DNA from: Antedon mediterranea | Lineage: Eukaryota; Animalia; Echinodermata | DNA: 64,000 bases | Assembly (NCBI RefSeq): GCF_964355755.1 | Contig: NC_092670.1 | Span: forward strand, 38,428,388-38,492,387 | Direction: 5' to 3' | In this document: positions 1-11,945 of the stretch, piece by piece | Position numbering within the stretch: position 1 is the stretch's first letter | Layout of the letters: each line of letters starts with the position of its first letter | Made by a program: the position numbers and the translations under genes | Notes under the pieces: generated by a model | What the model was told of the DNA's origin: nothing | Seen by the model: the letters and a program-made list of their open reading frames with translations, nothing else | Databases searched by the model: none

Positions 1-174
1 CTAATACTGTTAGTCCACCCTCCACTTTTGTATTTTTGCTGTTTATGTAGTGTATAGTAACCTGTGTTATTAATTCTGCATTTAGATGCAATGCAAGTTC
101 TTTTTTTAAACTAGACAATTTAATTTTAATTACCGGTACAAGAAACTAAACTAAAGCTCTACACTATCAAACTC

Positions 175-1000
175 TATGGCCCCCCCGGTAATTACCCCGT
201 GGACAACTACCTCCTGAACCTGGACAATACTCCGAGGGCAAATAATCTTTTAGGACAACTACCTCCGTAGGACAACTAACCCCTGGACAACTAACCCCTG
301 GACAACTACCCCCTGGACAATTACCCGCTAGGAACAATTACCCGCTAGGAACAATTACCTCCTGACAATTACCCCCCCCCCTCCTGGGTAATTACCCCGC
401 GGACAACTACCTCTGACACAATACTCCCCGTAGGACAACGACCTCCTGGACCTGGACAATACTCCGAGGGGGGTTGTTGTCCTAAGGGGGTTGTTGTCCT
501 AAGGGGGTTGTTGTCCTAAGGGGGTTGTTGTCCTAAGGGGGTTGTTGTCCTAGAGGGGGTAGTTGTCCTAGAGGGGGTAGTTGTCCTAGAGGGGGTAGTT
601 GTCCTAGGGGGGGTAGTTGTCCTAAGGGGGTAGTTGTCCTAAGGGGGTAGTTGTCCTAAGGGGGTAGTTGTCCTAAGGGGGTAGTTGTCCTAAGGGGATA
701 GTTGTCCTAAGGGGGTAGTTGTCCTAAGGGGGTAGTTGTCCTAAGGGGGTAGTTGTCCTAAGGGGGTAGTTGTCCTAAGGGGGTAGTTGTCCTAAGGGGG
801 TAGTTGTCCTAGGGGGTAGTTGTCCTAGGGGGTAGTTGTCCTAAGGGAGTAGTTGTCCTAGGGGGGTAGTTGTCCTAGGTGGGTAGTTGTCCTTGGGGGT
901 AGTTGTCCTTGGGGGTAGTTGTCCTTGGGGGGTAGTTGTCTGGGTGGTAAACATCCGGGGGGGGGGGGTAACTGTCTAGGGGGTAGGTGTCCTAGAACCG
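175..1000. repeat. Foldback-like element: two opposed arrays of a ~18-19 bp unit (GGACAACTACCCCCT / AGGGGGTAGTTGTCCTA)
   Basis: Degenerate GGACAACTACCCC units at ~185-465 switch to their reverse complement (GGGGTAGTTGTCCTAA, >20 copies) at ~468-995; the right end is TCCTAGAACCG. Confidence 0.85.
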
Positions 1001-1236
1001 CTTAATATACTTCATAAAAAAATGTTTTAACTTGCGTAATAAAAAAAATATATGATTTTATAAATAAATCTATAATTAGCTTATCGGTGAATTTTGTGTA
1101 ATTTTTATCACTTAGTATAATCTTAATAATCCCACACCTAAAATAAAATGTGAGAATGTGCTTAAATAAAAATAAAGTTTCTTACAATAAAAGGTGCTTA
1201 TTATTATTAATAATAATTGTTATTATTTGTCCATAG

Positions 1237-1397
1237 CTTAAGAAACATACCAAGGTGTGTTCACTGCATTTCAGCCCAGATGACTTTGAACCGTATGAGT
1301 TGCGGCGGCGTATGTTACGTAAAGGGATCGTACCAACACGATTCCTTAAAGATGAAGACGGTCTACATAACCTTCGACCCATGAGAAGAAGAAGAAA
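1237..1397 (+). CDS. THAP/C2H2 zinc-finger gene, internal exon (C-terminal half of a THAP domain); gene start lies upstream of the window
   Basis: ccatag acceptor and gtaag donor; translates LKKHTKVCSLHFSPDDFEPYELRRRMLRKGIVPTRFLKDEDGLHNLRPMRRRR, matching the THAP CxxHF...F...L..AVPT(I)F signature. Confidence 0.8.
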
Positions 1398-1735
1398 GTA
1401 AGGCATTGTTGAATTGTCGATTTTTTAGATCAATCAATTTTACTGATTACAGATTTCTCGTACAGGCAACTCTCCCAATACTGGACACTTTTCTTTATGC
1501 GAGATATTTCCATTATATATTATGTATTTCACTTAACTCAATACATATTTAAGTGTTTCCCTTAGCCTAAATGTGAATAATGAAAACCTGCAAGGCAGTA
1601 GTTACCATTTACACAGGGTAATACTGTGTATTTAACATCTGAAAACTCTCTCAAGTTTCAAATGTATTACTCTGTGTAAAACGCTTTGATCTTTCTTTGG
1701 AAAGGCGCTTAATGATTATCTTTTTTCCTCCATAG

Positions 1736-1821
1736 TGCAAACAAAGTTTCAAAAGAGCCGATACCTTCTACCATCGCCAATCCAGTTGCCACCGTAGCAC
1801 AAAATTTTCAGCTTCCTAACA
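1736..1821 (+). CDS. THAP/C2H2 zinc-finger gene, linker exon
   Basis: Polypyrimidine tract + catag acceptor, gtaagt donor; phase 2 in and phase 1 out join the THAP exon in frame to the large last exon (ANKVSKEPIPSTIANPVATVAQNFQLPN). Confidence 0.75.
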
Positions 1822-2091
1822 GTAAGTCAAATATTATCTTTAGCTTATCAGTGGCTGCTAGATCTCAATAGAGATACAAAATATAATAAGCTAAAAGCTA
1901 AATCAAAACGATAAAGTAAAACAGCCAAAAAAATGAGTAGAGCATTCAGGCAACACTAGCCCTTCATGAGTACAAGTACACTAAATATATATAAATATCA
2001 TAGTAAATCCAAAGGCAAATTACCGAAAAAAATGACAATTCTGTAGGTAATACTTAGGTATATAATAATATTATTTTTTTTTTTTCCCTAG

Positions 2092-4880
2092 TTTCTCCAA
2101 TTATTCCTGGACGTATTATGTTGTCACCCAATCAGATTCCATTTGCATTTCCATTTCCATATGGTATGTCCCCTTTCCTTCATCCAGCAGCTCAAATGAA
2201 CTCCCTACTTTTACACAACCAGATGGAAAATTCATTGCTGAGAATGCAGGTACCTCACGCAGTAAACTCGCAGAATGTTGCCACACTTAGTGTACCAACT
2301 GTACACCCCCAGCAGCTGAAAGAATGTGTTCCTCCTCAAGTTGTTACAAACGACACTCCAATCGATCTGACGCAACTCAAACAAGATGAACAGAAAAACA
2401 GAAATAACTCGCAGATTCTGCAGCAGCAACCTCTGCCACAACTTAATGGCAGACCAGAGGCTGTAAATCCGATGGTGTTAGATCCGAAACAAGTGAAGTC
2501 AAAGACGTCGATACTTTGGCCGATGGCGAGACTTTACCATCGAGGCGAACGTCATGCTGAGGAATTAACCAGTGAACAGTTTGAGAGACAGCAAGCTGAT
2601 GCTGCACTTAGACAACTCACAGCACAACATCAACTTATGTTTGCATCAATGAATAAACAGCAAGAGTTGTTTCCAGTTACAAGCTTACAATCAACTGCAA
2701 CTCAAGAACCGATTGTGTTTCAGACTCCAACTTCATCAATACCATCTCACCAGAACCAGTTTGTAGGTCACATGCCAGATAGCTTGCCACCTAATATCCA
2801 GCATATTTTGAATAGTGAAGGTGCATTTTCCCCCCAAACACCGTCTTTGGACTTATCTCCACAGCCTAGGACGTTAATGCCGCAAACCGGGTCGTCCATG
2901 CCCCAAACTGGCACGATATCTCCCAAAAGCGGCACATTATCGCCCCAACCTGTGGTCTTATTGCCTCACCCTGAGACTTTATCGCCCCAAACTTGCCCCA
3001 ACATTGACATTATGTCTAATTCTGATGTAAAGATTTATTCTTTCTCGCGTCAAGATAGTAAAAGATCTTTGAATAATATCATAAGCCGTCTTAGAGAAAA
3101 GGTTACTGAAGACACGCCAGCAAATTCTACCGGTGAATCCAATATAAAGAATGGAAAAAATGGTTATAGCAAAATGTACTCGCCTATCGATTTAACGGTG
3201 AAGAACGCGAATCAGGTTGTGACAATTATGAAAGTAGTTGAACAGCAAGATGAACACACAACAACAACAAAACTGATGATAGAGCTCCCTCCAAAGGAAT
3301 ACCATTCAAGAAAGAACTCGGCATCATCCAAAGAGTCGCGACAAATTGTCCTGAAAGTTGTCCAAAAGAAGGGGAAGGAAAGCAATTGCCAAATCCCAAT
3401 GAAGGATGATACAGTTGGCAAACTAAAAGAAGATGATTCAGTGTGTGAGGACATGCCACTGGATTTGTCAGTACGTGAAGAAAAGTGGGTTCATACCAAT
3501 GGAACTACTGACTCCGGTATTGAAAAGAGAGGTGATTGGGATGATCTTTACTCTTCAGAAGTGTTCAACGCTTCTTCGTCTTACAGCAAGCAGCTGTACC
3601 AGCTTCCACTTGCAAGGAATTCCTCTCAAAAAGATGAGATTAGCTATGACATTCTACAGATGTTGTCTAGCCATGATAATCCCACGCAACTGTTGGAGGA
3701 TCAAGACTTCACCCGTAGGCTTTTTAAGTTTGTTGGGACTTGTCATGCATCATCGTGCAAAGTGTTCAATTCTTCTGGTGAACAAGAAGTACCTGACGAG
3801 GCTCTTGACCTTAGCACAAATGGCGTAACGATTCCATATTCGGCAAAAGATTGTAACCCTCAGGAGAGAGGAGACCAACAATTGATGACAACTTCTCAAG
3901 AACCAGAACAGAAAACTACCGGTGATAAAAGCAAGAATTGGAAAAAGTATAGCATGACGTTTGACAAACGGCTGAGAGTTTTACATGCTAAAGAAGCTGC
4001 TTTGTTCTATGAAACCATCTACAACTTTCAGATGCCAGAAGGCAAGATGGATGAATCCTATCTGCTGAAGAACTTTTCAATTCAAAAAGTTCGTCTTGAA
4101 GGTGTTCCAGATCAGTCTGTCTATTTCTGTAACAAATGTGTCAAGACCTTAAAAGATGTAAATAGTGCACTAGAGCATGTGAAGAAGCACTGCGAAAGAA
4201 AGCGTTACAAGTGCAACCAATGTTCTAAGACGTACTCGTCTGTTGGTATGATAGAAAGCCACGTCGAGCAGTACGTACCACTTAATGAAAAAAAGTTGGA
4301 GTGCGATGTCTGCAAGAAAAAGTTTGCATTCCGAGGGTCTTTAATGATGCATTTGAAATTAGTGCATCGTGATATGGAAGTAGTCCGTTGCAACTTATGC
4401 CATAAGGAGATAAAACGACACTATCTCAACACGCATATGAAACGCCATCGCAACGAGCGACCCCACAAGTGTAGCATTTGCGGAAAAGGCTTTGTTGCGA
4501 AAAAAGTGCTTACCACGCATTTGAGTATCCACACGGGTTATAAACCGTACAAGTGTCAGTATTGCGGCAGACGTTTCACCGTCAAGAGCAACATGCAGCT
4601 TCATGAGCGCACGCATACCGGTGATCGACCATTCATCTGCAACGTCTGCGGAAAAGATTTTATCAATCGTGGAACGCTGAAGGGACACATGCTTACACGC
4701 CATCACATCAATCTCGGCAAGGTTCATAAGTGTCGTCATTGCACGGACAGCTTCACCAGATTGAAGACACTGGTTGAGCACATGGAAAAAGCGCATAAGC
4801 ATCTTTACAGGAAAGACAACGCGACAACGCCAGAATCTCGCCCACAAGAGGAAGAGTTAATCCAAGATGGTGCAAAGTAA
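2092..4880 (+). CDS. THAP/C2H2 zinc-finger gene, large last coding exon (PxDLS motifs, ~8 C2H2 fingers)
   Basis: T-run + ctag acceptor at 2091, in frame with the 920-aa ORF; C-terminal CxxC..HxxxH array with TGYKPY/TGDRPF linkers; TAA at 4878-4880. Confidence 0.93.
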
Positions 4881-6018
4881 AAAACTAACAAATTTGCTTT
4901 TCATCATCAAAACAAGCTCATATTGGTCAGTAACTTTTTTCATTTTTTTGTTTTTTATTGTTTACATTCCAACAATGTATTAAGAAGGGCATTAGAATTT
5001 TAGGTTGTTTTATTACAACTCCCACATTTTTGTGCATAGTCTAGATCTGCCATATTTTGTAGTTAGAATGTAAAGAATCCAAAGGCATTAAGTTGAATTT
5101 TAAAATTAAATTAAATTGGTCTCCTGCTTAAACCTGATTCACACGTACACAAATGTAACAAATTGTTACAGGTATATCTCCCAAGATAATATCATATCGT
5201 GTTAAATCGCTTTCACACACATTCGCTGAAAAAAATAGCTGCTTACACGCATATAAGTATTCAGCATACTGTGCTTGATGTATCCTACATCGATGAGATA
5301 TTTCTCTCCAAATCCTGCCGACTTTTTCCAAGATGCACCTACCAATGTAACAATTTGATTATTTTACGTGTGAATACGTCTCAAAGAAATACAAGGTTCT
5401 TTTTAATGAAAATATCTGAGTCTCAACTTCTCATCTATTGACTACATTGTCAATTTATTTGCAATAAACCATCATTTCAAACTGAAGGCATTAAGTAATG
5501 GCATTATCCTGCATTGAACATTGTTATATTGCGGCAGTATTTTTTTATAAACGTTATTTATTACGTATTATTAAATCATTTTATAAAATCGAGTAGTAAG
5601 TTTTATTTTATTAATGGACATAAAAATGTAATTGAAACGAAGTTTGTTTTTAACAGTTTTTGTTGAAAGAAATTTTATTATTTAGTTTTTAAAAGTATAA
5701 TTGTGGATATTAAGGAATATACCAATTTTGCTATAGATTGTTATTGTTTATGTAAAAATTGCTATAAAGAAATTGTCATCTTTATGTTTTACGTGGTATA
5801 AAGTGTAATTATCAGGTTGTATACATTTTTTTCCTATAATTTTTATCTGCCTAGAAGGTAGGTATATATTAGCAGTTTGTAGTTTATTTTGTAAGTAATG
5901 TTAAAATAGGGAAACATTGTCAATGTTACAAACACAGGCACGTAGAGAGTTAGGAGGAAACCTTTTATTTAACTTGGGAACTTACTTGGTCGCTTATTTC
6001 GCTTTTTTAAGGGATCAT

Positions 6019-6336
6019 GTCAAACTTATTCTACTGCAGATACTGCAGTAATTACACTTTTTACTGCAGTAATATATTTTCATAGTTTGTTTCAAAGTTT
6101 ATGAGGCAATCGCTACATTTTGTGTGATCACTCAAAACTTGTGTTGAACAAAATATAGTTACTGCAGTAAGGGTTTTTTTTACTGCAGTAATATATTTTC
6201 ATAGTTTGTTTTAATGTTGAAGTTTATGAGGCAGTCACTACATTGTGTATGATCACCAAAAGCTTGCTAAATTATTGCATAAACAAGAACAAAATATAGT
6301 TATTACTGCAGTAACTGCATTAGAATAAATGTTGAC
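6019..6336. mobile_element. Small inverted-repeat element (MITE-like) with an internal direct duplication
   Basis: GTCAAACTTATTCTACTGCAGATACTGCAGTAAT at the left is roughly mirrored by ATTACTGCAGTAACTGCATTAGAATAAATGTTGAC at the right; a ~120 bp internal block occurs twice. Confidence 0.55.
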
Positions 6337-8124
6337 TGTATTATGCTAGTTGTTGTTTTGTATGGCTTGCAGCTGATGAAAGTAAGAATTTAAAATGTTT
6401 GAACAAATTTGAAACCGAAACAAAAATATTTGTAATTTGGTAAACTATTTGCCAAACGTAGTTAAGGTATTAGAAGGTAAATAGTTTTTAAATATTTTGT
6501 TATGATTGGAAATGAATATTAATAGTGTATTGAATTTAGAGAGGCATTGTAACAATACCATATTGGAATCTACACCTACCTCGTGTATTGAAATATTATA
6601 TTTTGGTTTATCAAGTGCATTAATAACTATTAGTAATTTTATTTTATGAAATAATGATAATTTTACCCCTTTTTGATTTGATTGGTTTTAATTATACCAT
6701 TTTTGCAATTCCTATGCCAGCAATGTGTTGTCAACGTCAAGCTTCCTTGATAACCATGACAACACTTGATTGGAAATGATGCATGCGCGGTACAGTAGGC
6801 ATGTATGTTGTGCATTGATTGCGAAATGGGAAAACTACTATGACAACTTACTTACACATTTTGTTTTTTATTTTTATTGTAGTATTATAATAATATTCTT
6901 TTGCTGATGTAATTAGCCTCTAGTATTACAATGCATTCCTTATCTTGGCCAGTAAGAACATTCTTTTGATAGTATTTAATGTTCCATTGTATTCTCCTGT
7001 TCCTCAGTCCATTTTTTTCTGTCTGTTTACCAAATATGGGAATTTAATAATAATAATTACTTAAGTACTACTGAAACTTCAAAAAGAAATAGTTTATAAT
7101 ACCATGGGCTAACATTTTATTTGATTCTCAAAAGTTTATATATATATTTTTTAAAGCTTTTTCCTGGTTAATACCACAAAGCTTGTCTACAAGACAACTT
7201 ATATATTTTAATTATGTGTGTGATATATCAGAAAAATGATATTTATTTTTAGAAATCCCATTTTTATTTTGGAATTTTTTTTTTAACAAGCCTGGGACCA
7301 AACCAAACGTAAGGAAATTATAAATAAGGACAGTAATAGCCAATATAATCTGAAATGAATAGTTACTTACTTCAATATTAATAGTTTCCAGTGCCAGTAT
7401 AATAATTTTTTAATATGAACCCACTGCACATTGCATCTGAACAGGTAAATTAATTGTGGTACTTAACTATTTAGAATGGTTGCTTGGTAAGATATCAAAT
7501 ATATTGCCATAGCAACCAAGCAATACAATATTCATCCAGTAGGTTATAATGATTGATAATGATGACATTAAAGTTTGGGCCATTTTTACCCGGAAAAAAA
7601 GGTTCCTTTTTTAGGGTAAAAGTGAAGTTGGGTAAATGATTTGTATAAAAAGTGCATTTGAGTCTATTGGTGTTGGGTTTATTTCGCAAAGTTGGTTTAT
7701 AAGGTGTCCTTTATATACTTTACATTTCGGTGGTGGGCTTATTATTTTATCAGAGGTGGACTTATATTCGATTCATGTAAGTGCACGTTTAATTTAGTGT
7801 ACACGGTTTTAGTGTAGCTATTTACCGTCTTTTAAGGCCAGTATTTATTTAAATTTTTGGGTTGTTGAAATTAGGTAAGTTTTATGTTTATTTGATCGTA
7901 CACCCGTGTACGCTTTATGATAAAATGGAAGTTCAATTTAGTTTTGTATAACATAGTGCATCTGATGGGCATTTGTATTGTGTATAAATAATTTAATAAT
8001 CGGAAGTAAATTAATAATTTTTGTTTAGTGCAAAAAGATTCTTCACACCCTACCTAAATAAATGTGATATAAACATTGTAACCAATTTTGATTGGCAAGG
8101 AAGAATTCTTATTGGTCAATGCTG

Positions 8125-8366
8125 GTACACTATATATGGATGTACTACACCATATATGGATGTACTACACCATATATGGATGTACTACACCATATATGGA
8201 TGTACTACACCATATATGGATGTACTACACCATATATGGATGTACTACACCATATATGGATGTACTACACCATATATGGATGTACTACACCATATATGGG
8301 TGTACTACACCATATATGGGTGTACTACACCATATATGGATGGACAACACCATATATGGATGTACT
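8125..8366. repeat. 20-bp minisatellite (GATGTACTACACCATATATG)n, ~12 copies
   Basis: Directly visible perfect tandem array; it explains the repetitive ORFs at 8021-8409. Confidence 0.95.
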
Positions 8367-9965
8367 AGACATAGTGTACTACTACAATAGTTCCCTTCAA
8401 ACTGTATAGAGCCACTTATTCTCTTGATTGGTGGCACTGTTGTTGCAGCTAATGTCTGCTTTGCTGGCAGTAAAGAAGTGTAAAATAATAAATGCTTAAT
8501 TTTTCATGAGATTGGAAAGAAATTATTGTTAAAAATTATATAAACAAAATATTTGCATCAGCAGCTGTTGTGGGCAATTAATTGTGGATGCTTTCGTTTT
8601 GTGACAACTGTCGCTTTCCACCGCGGCACAGTTGTGACGGTTTGACACATCTATTGGCCTGACAGGTCTTCGTTCGTCGCAATTCGAAAGATCCCGAAAT
8701 GTGTGTGTACACCGTAGTAGTATAAGCTAAGATGTATTTGTAAAAAATGGGCATTTTTTCGAGAAGAACCATTAATAAATGTAATAATGATAAGGGTCAA
8801 TGTGCTACCTCCACTAGAACATTATGTGATTTGTATTAATGTCAAAAGCGTTCAATGGAATAAATTGTTTGCCAGTATACTAACAAGTACTGTACATGTT
8901 TCCTAGTGTTTTATAGTCACATGTTTTTATAACAACATTTAAAAAATATTTTGCTCATTTTTCTGAAAGTTCCTATAAAATATATTATGGTTCCACACAT
9001 GTTGCATTATGATATAGGAACCAGTTATGTAAACCATAGAAGGGTCTGAATTTTCCCATTGTTCAAAAATGTCCCTGTACTTTAGTTCAGAGAAATTTTT
9101 ACTATACTATAATTGACATGCATATAATTGACATGCACAGAATCAAATAATGTGTTCCGCGCATGTTATCTTAACTTATTTTTAAATGTCGATATGTTGG
9201 CAATTTTCCACCTTTTTATTTGCTGACGTATCTGGTTGCTATATCATAATATGAAAAGCGCAGAATCACATATACTCTGCGTATGTTACCTCAACAAATT
9301 TATAAAATCTAGTATTTTGGCTTCAAAAAATCCCTGTACTATAGTACAGGAAAATTGCCAAATTTAGAACCTTTTATTTTTTGGAATCAAATATGTTCTG
9401 CACATTTTATCGCAATACAAGTTTTAAAAAGTTGATATTTTGGAAAATTTTCTAAAAATTTACTGTACTATAGTACAGGAAAATTTTTGAAAAATGGGAA
9501 ACAGAATGCAATTGAAATTCTGTATAGATGTATTGATAGATAGATGTAAAGAAGTCTTGATGACTTGCAATAGTCTGTTAGACTCATTCTAGTGACAGCT
9601 AAAGAATCAGAGGGGGGTGAGATAACGTACCCTTGATCCCATGAATCGTATACTTGTTAACAACAAAATGCAATTGAAATTTATTCTATATTGTTCATCT
9701 GAATTTTAATCACCCTTATGTTTGTAGCACAGCAAGCCTTCATATGAAATAATACTTTAAATTGATATTACTTTTATATATTTTCACAAATTGCGCATTC
9801 AGCCTGTCACAAGAAAGAAACAAACCAGAGTGGTTTAATTTCTCTCATCAAATCTATTTTAGACTTAAACTACTGTACTACAGTACCTATAATTCTGTGT
9901 GCCATTTGAGACACAGAATGATGTCCTCACGGCCTTTGTACCACCAAATTTGTACAAGTAGAAAC

Positions 9966-10110
9966 AGGCTTATTCCTAATAACTGGGCTTATTTCTAATA
10001 ACTGGGCTTATTCCTAATAACTAGGCTTATTCCTAATAACTGGGCTTATTCCTAATAACTAGGCTTATTCCTAATAACTAGGCTTATTCATAATAACTGG
10101 GCTTATTCCT
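9966..10110. repeat. 19-bp minisatellite (GGCTTATTCCTAATAACTR)n, ~7 copies
   Basis: Directly visible tandem array. Confidence 0.92.
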
Positions 10111-10486
10111 GAATTTTATGGTAATTATATATCTATGTCAGCATATTACTAAGCAGTTTATCAGTTAAAATGTATTACATCAATTTAAAAAGTGACAACA
10201 AGTAAAACCAACTAGATTTAATTAAAATCAAGGTATGACCATGGAGTAATTACTCTGACAATTGTATGACAATTAATTATAGTACTTTATAAACAAATGT
10301 AACTTTAAAAAAAAAAACAATAACAATTTAATAAATATTGCTATAAAAACGTTATAAATTACTATAATATTACATATTTGATTTTTAAAATAGTACAGAT
10401 AGGTACATATGGTACGTCAGAACAGGAACAATTTAAAGATGTTCCATTGTGTGTTCAGATAAATGTTAATTTTGATTCCAACTAAA

Positions 10487-11263
10487 TGGATGTAGGCTAT
10501 GTAATATTGACCAATCCCAAGGCATAGATCATCCCAAATGCTGCATGTGATTGGTCAAATTACTATGATGCGAAACATGGATATATGCTATGTAATATTG
10601 ACCAATCACAAGGAACAGATCATCCCAAATGCTGCATGTGATTGGTCAAATTACTATGATGCGAAACATGGATATATGCTATGTAATATTGACCAATCAC
10701 AAGAGATCATCCCAAATGCTGCATGTGATTGGTCAAATTACTATGATGCGAAACATGGATATATGCTATGTAATATTGACCAATCACAAGGAACAGATCA
10801 TCCCAAATGCTGGGTGTGATTGGTCAAATTACTAGGATGCAAAACATGGATATATGCTATGTAATATTGACCAATCACAAGGAACAGATCATCCCAAATG
10901 CTGCGTGTGATTGGTCAAATTACTAGGATGCAAAACATGGATATATGCTATGTAATATTGACCAATCACAAGGAACAGATCATCCTAAATGCTGCGTGTG
11001 ATTGGTCAAATTACTAGGATGCAAAACATGGATATAGGCTATGTAATATTGACCAATCACAAGGAACAGATCATCCCAAATGCTGCGTGTGATTGGTCAA
11101 ATTACTAGGATGCAAAACATGGATATAGGCTATGTAATATTGACCAATCACAAGGAACAGATCATCCCAAATGCTGCGTGTGATTGGTCAAATTACTAGG
11201 ATGCAAAACATGGATATAGGCTACATAAAATTGACCAATCACAAGGAACAGATCATCCCAAAT
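10487..11263. repeat. 91-bp tandem repeat, ~8.5 copies, each with an inverted CCAAT pair
   Basis: Period 91 (10538 to 10629); each unit has TTGACCAATCACA...TGTGATTGGTCAA. Confidence 0.95.
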
Positions 11264-11468
11264 GTACCAATAAACAAATCATCTCACATGTACATCATTG
11301 TGTTATTGTCGAGAACCAAGCTTCTCAGAAAACAACATAAAAAAGCTGTTGTCAAAATCATCACAATATGAAAATGTACTGCTTTGGGACACCCTATTAT
11401 TAAGAAGACACTTTCTATGAAACACTACGGCTGACTCATTCAGGGGATAGGCCTACTGTGTTGAGTTT

Positions 11469-11470
<2 letters not shown>

Positions 11471-11538
<68 letters not shown>
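11471..11538. repeat. (AAT)n microsatellite
   Basis: Visible trinucleotide run. Confidence 0.95.
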
Positions 11539-11540
<2 letters not shown>

Positions 11541-11617
11541 CTACTGTATTTCATGTACTTCATGTAAAGCCAAGGGTAGTAAGTTTGAGACAACAGAGAA
11601 TAGTATTGTCAACTTTA

Positions 11618-11945
11618 AGCTATGTCTACACTATCAATCTTTATGTGACAAAAAATCTAATGTGCCCATATATGGACATGATGATGTCACATCACTACTA
11701 TATTTGGGCATATCACTACTATATTTGGGCATATCACTACCATATTTGGGCATATCACTACTATATTTGGGCATATCACTACTATATTTGGGCATATCAC
11801 TACTATATTTGGGCATATCACTACCATATTTGGGCATATCACTACTATATTTGGGCATATCACTACCATATTTGGGCATATCACTACCATATTTGGGCAT
11901 ATCACTACCATATTTGGGCATATCACTACCATATTTGGGCTTTAC
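11618..11945. mobile_element. Harbinger-type MITE family 1 copy with its internal 21-bp unit expanded to ~12 copies
   Basis: Starts with the family TIR AGCTATGTCTACACTATCAA, then (ATATCACTACYATATTTGGGC)x12; right TIR not recognisable. Confidence 0.85.

Noticed and set aside
2118-2120. ATG of the 920-aa ORF as the true start
   Set aside because: A strong acceptor at 2091 and in-frame upstream exons indicate an internal Met.
8021-8409. Three overlapping repetitive ORFs
   Set aside because: Translations of a stop-free 20-bp minisatellite; no coding evidence.
10487-11263. CRISPR-like look of the palindromic 91-bp array
   Set aside because: No unique spacers, eukaryotic context and no cas genes; it is a MITE-derived satellite.
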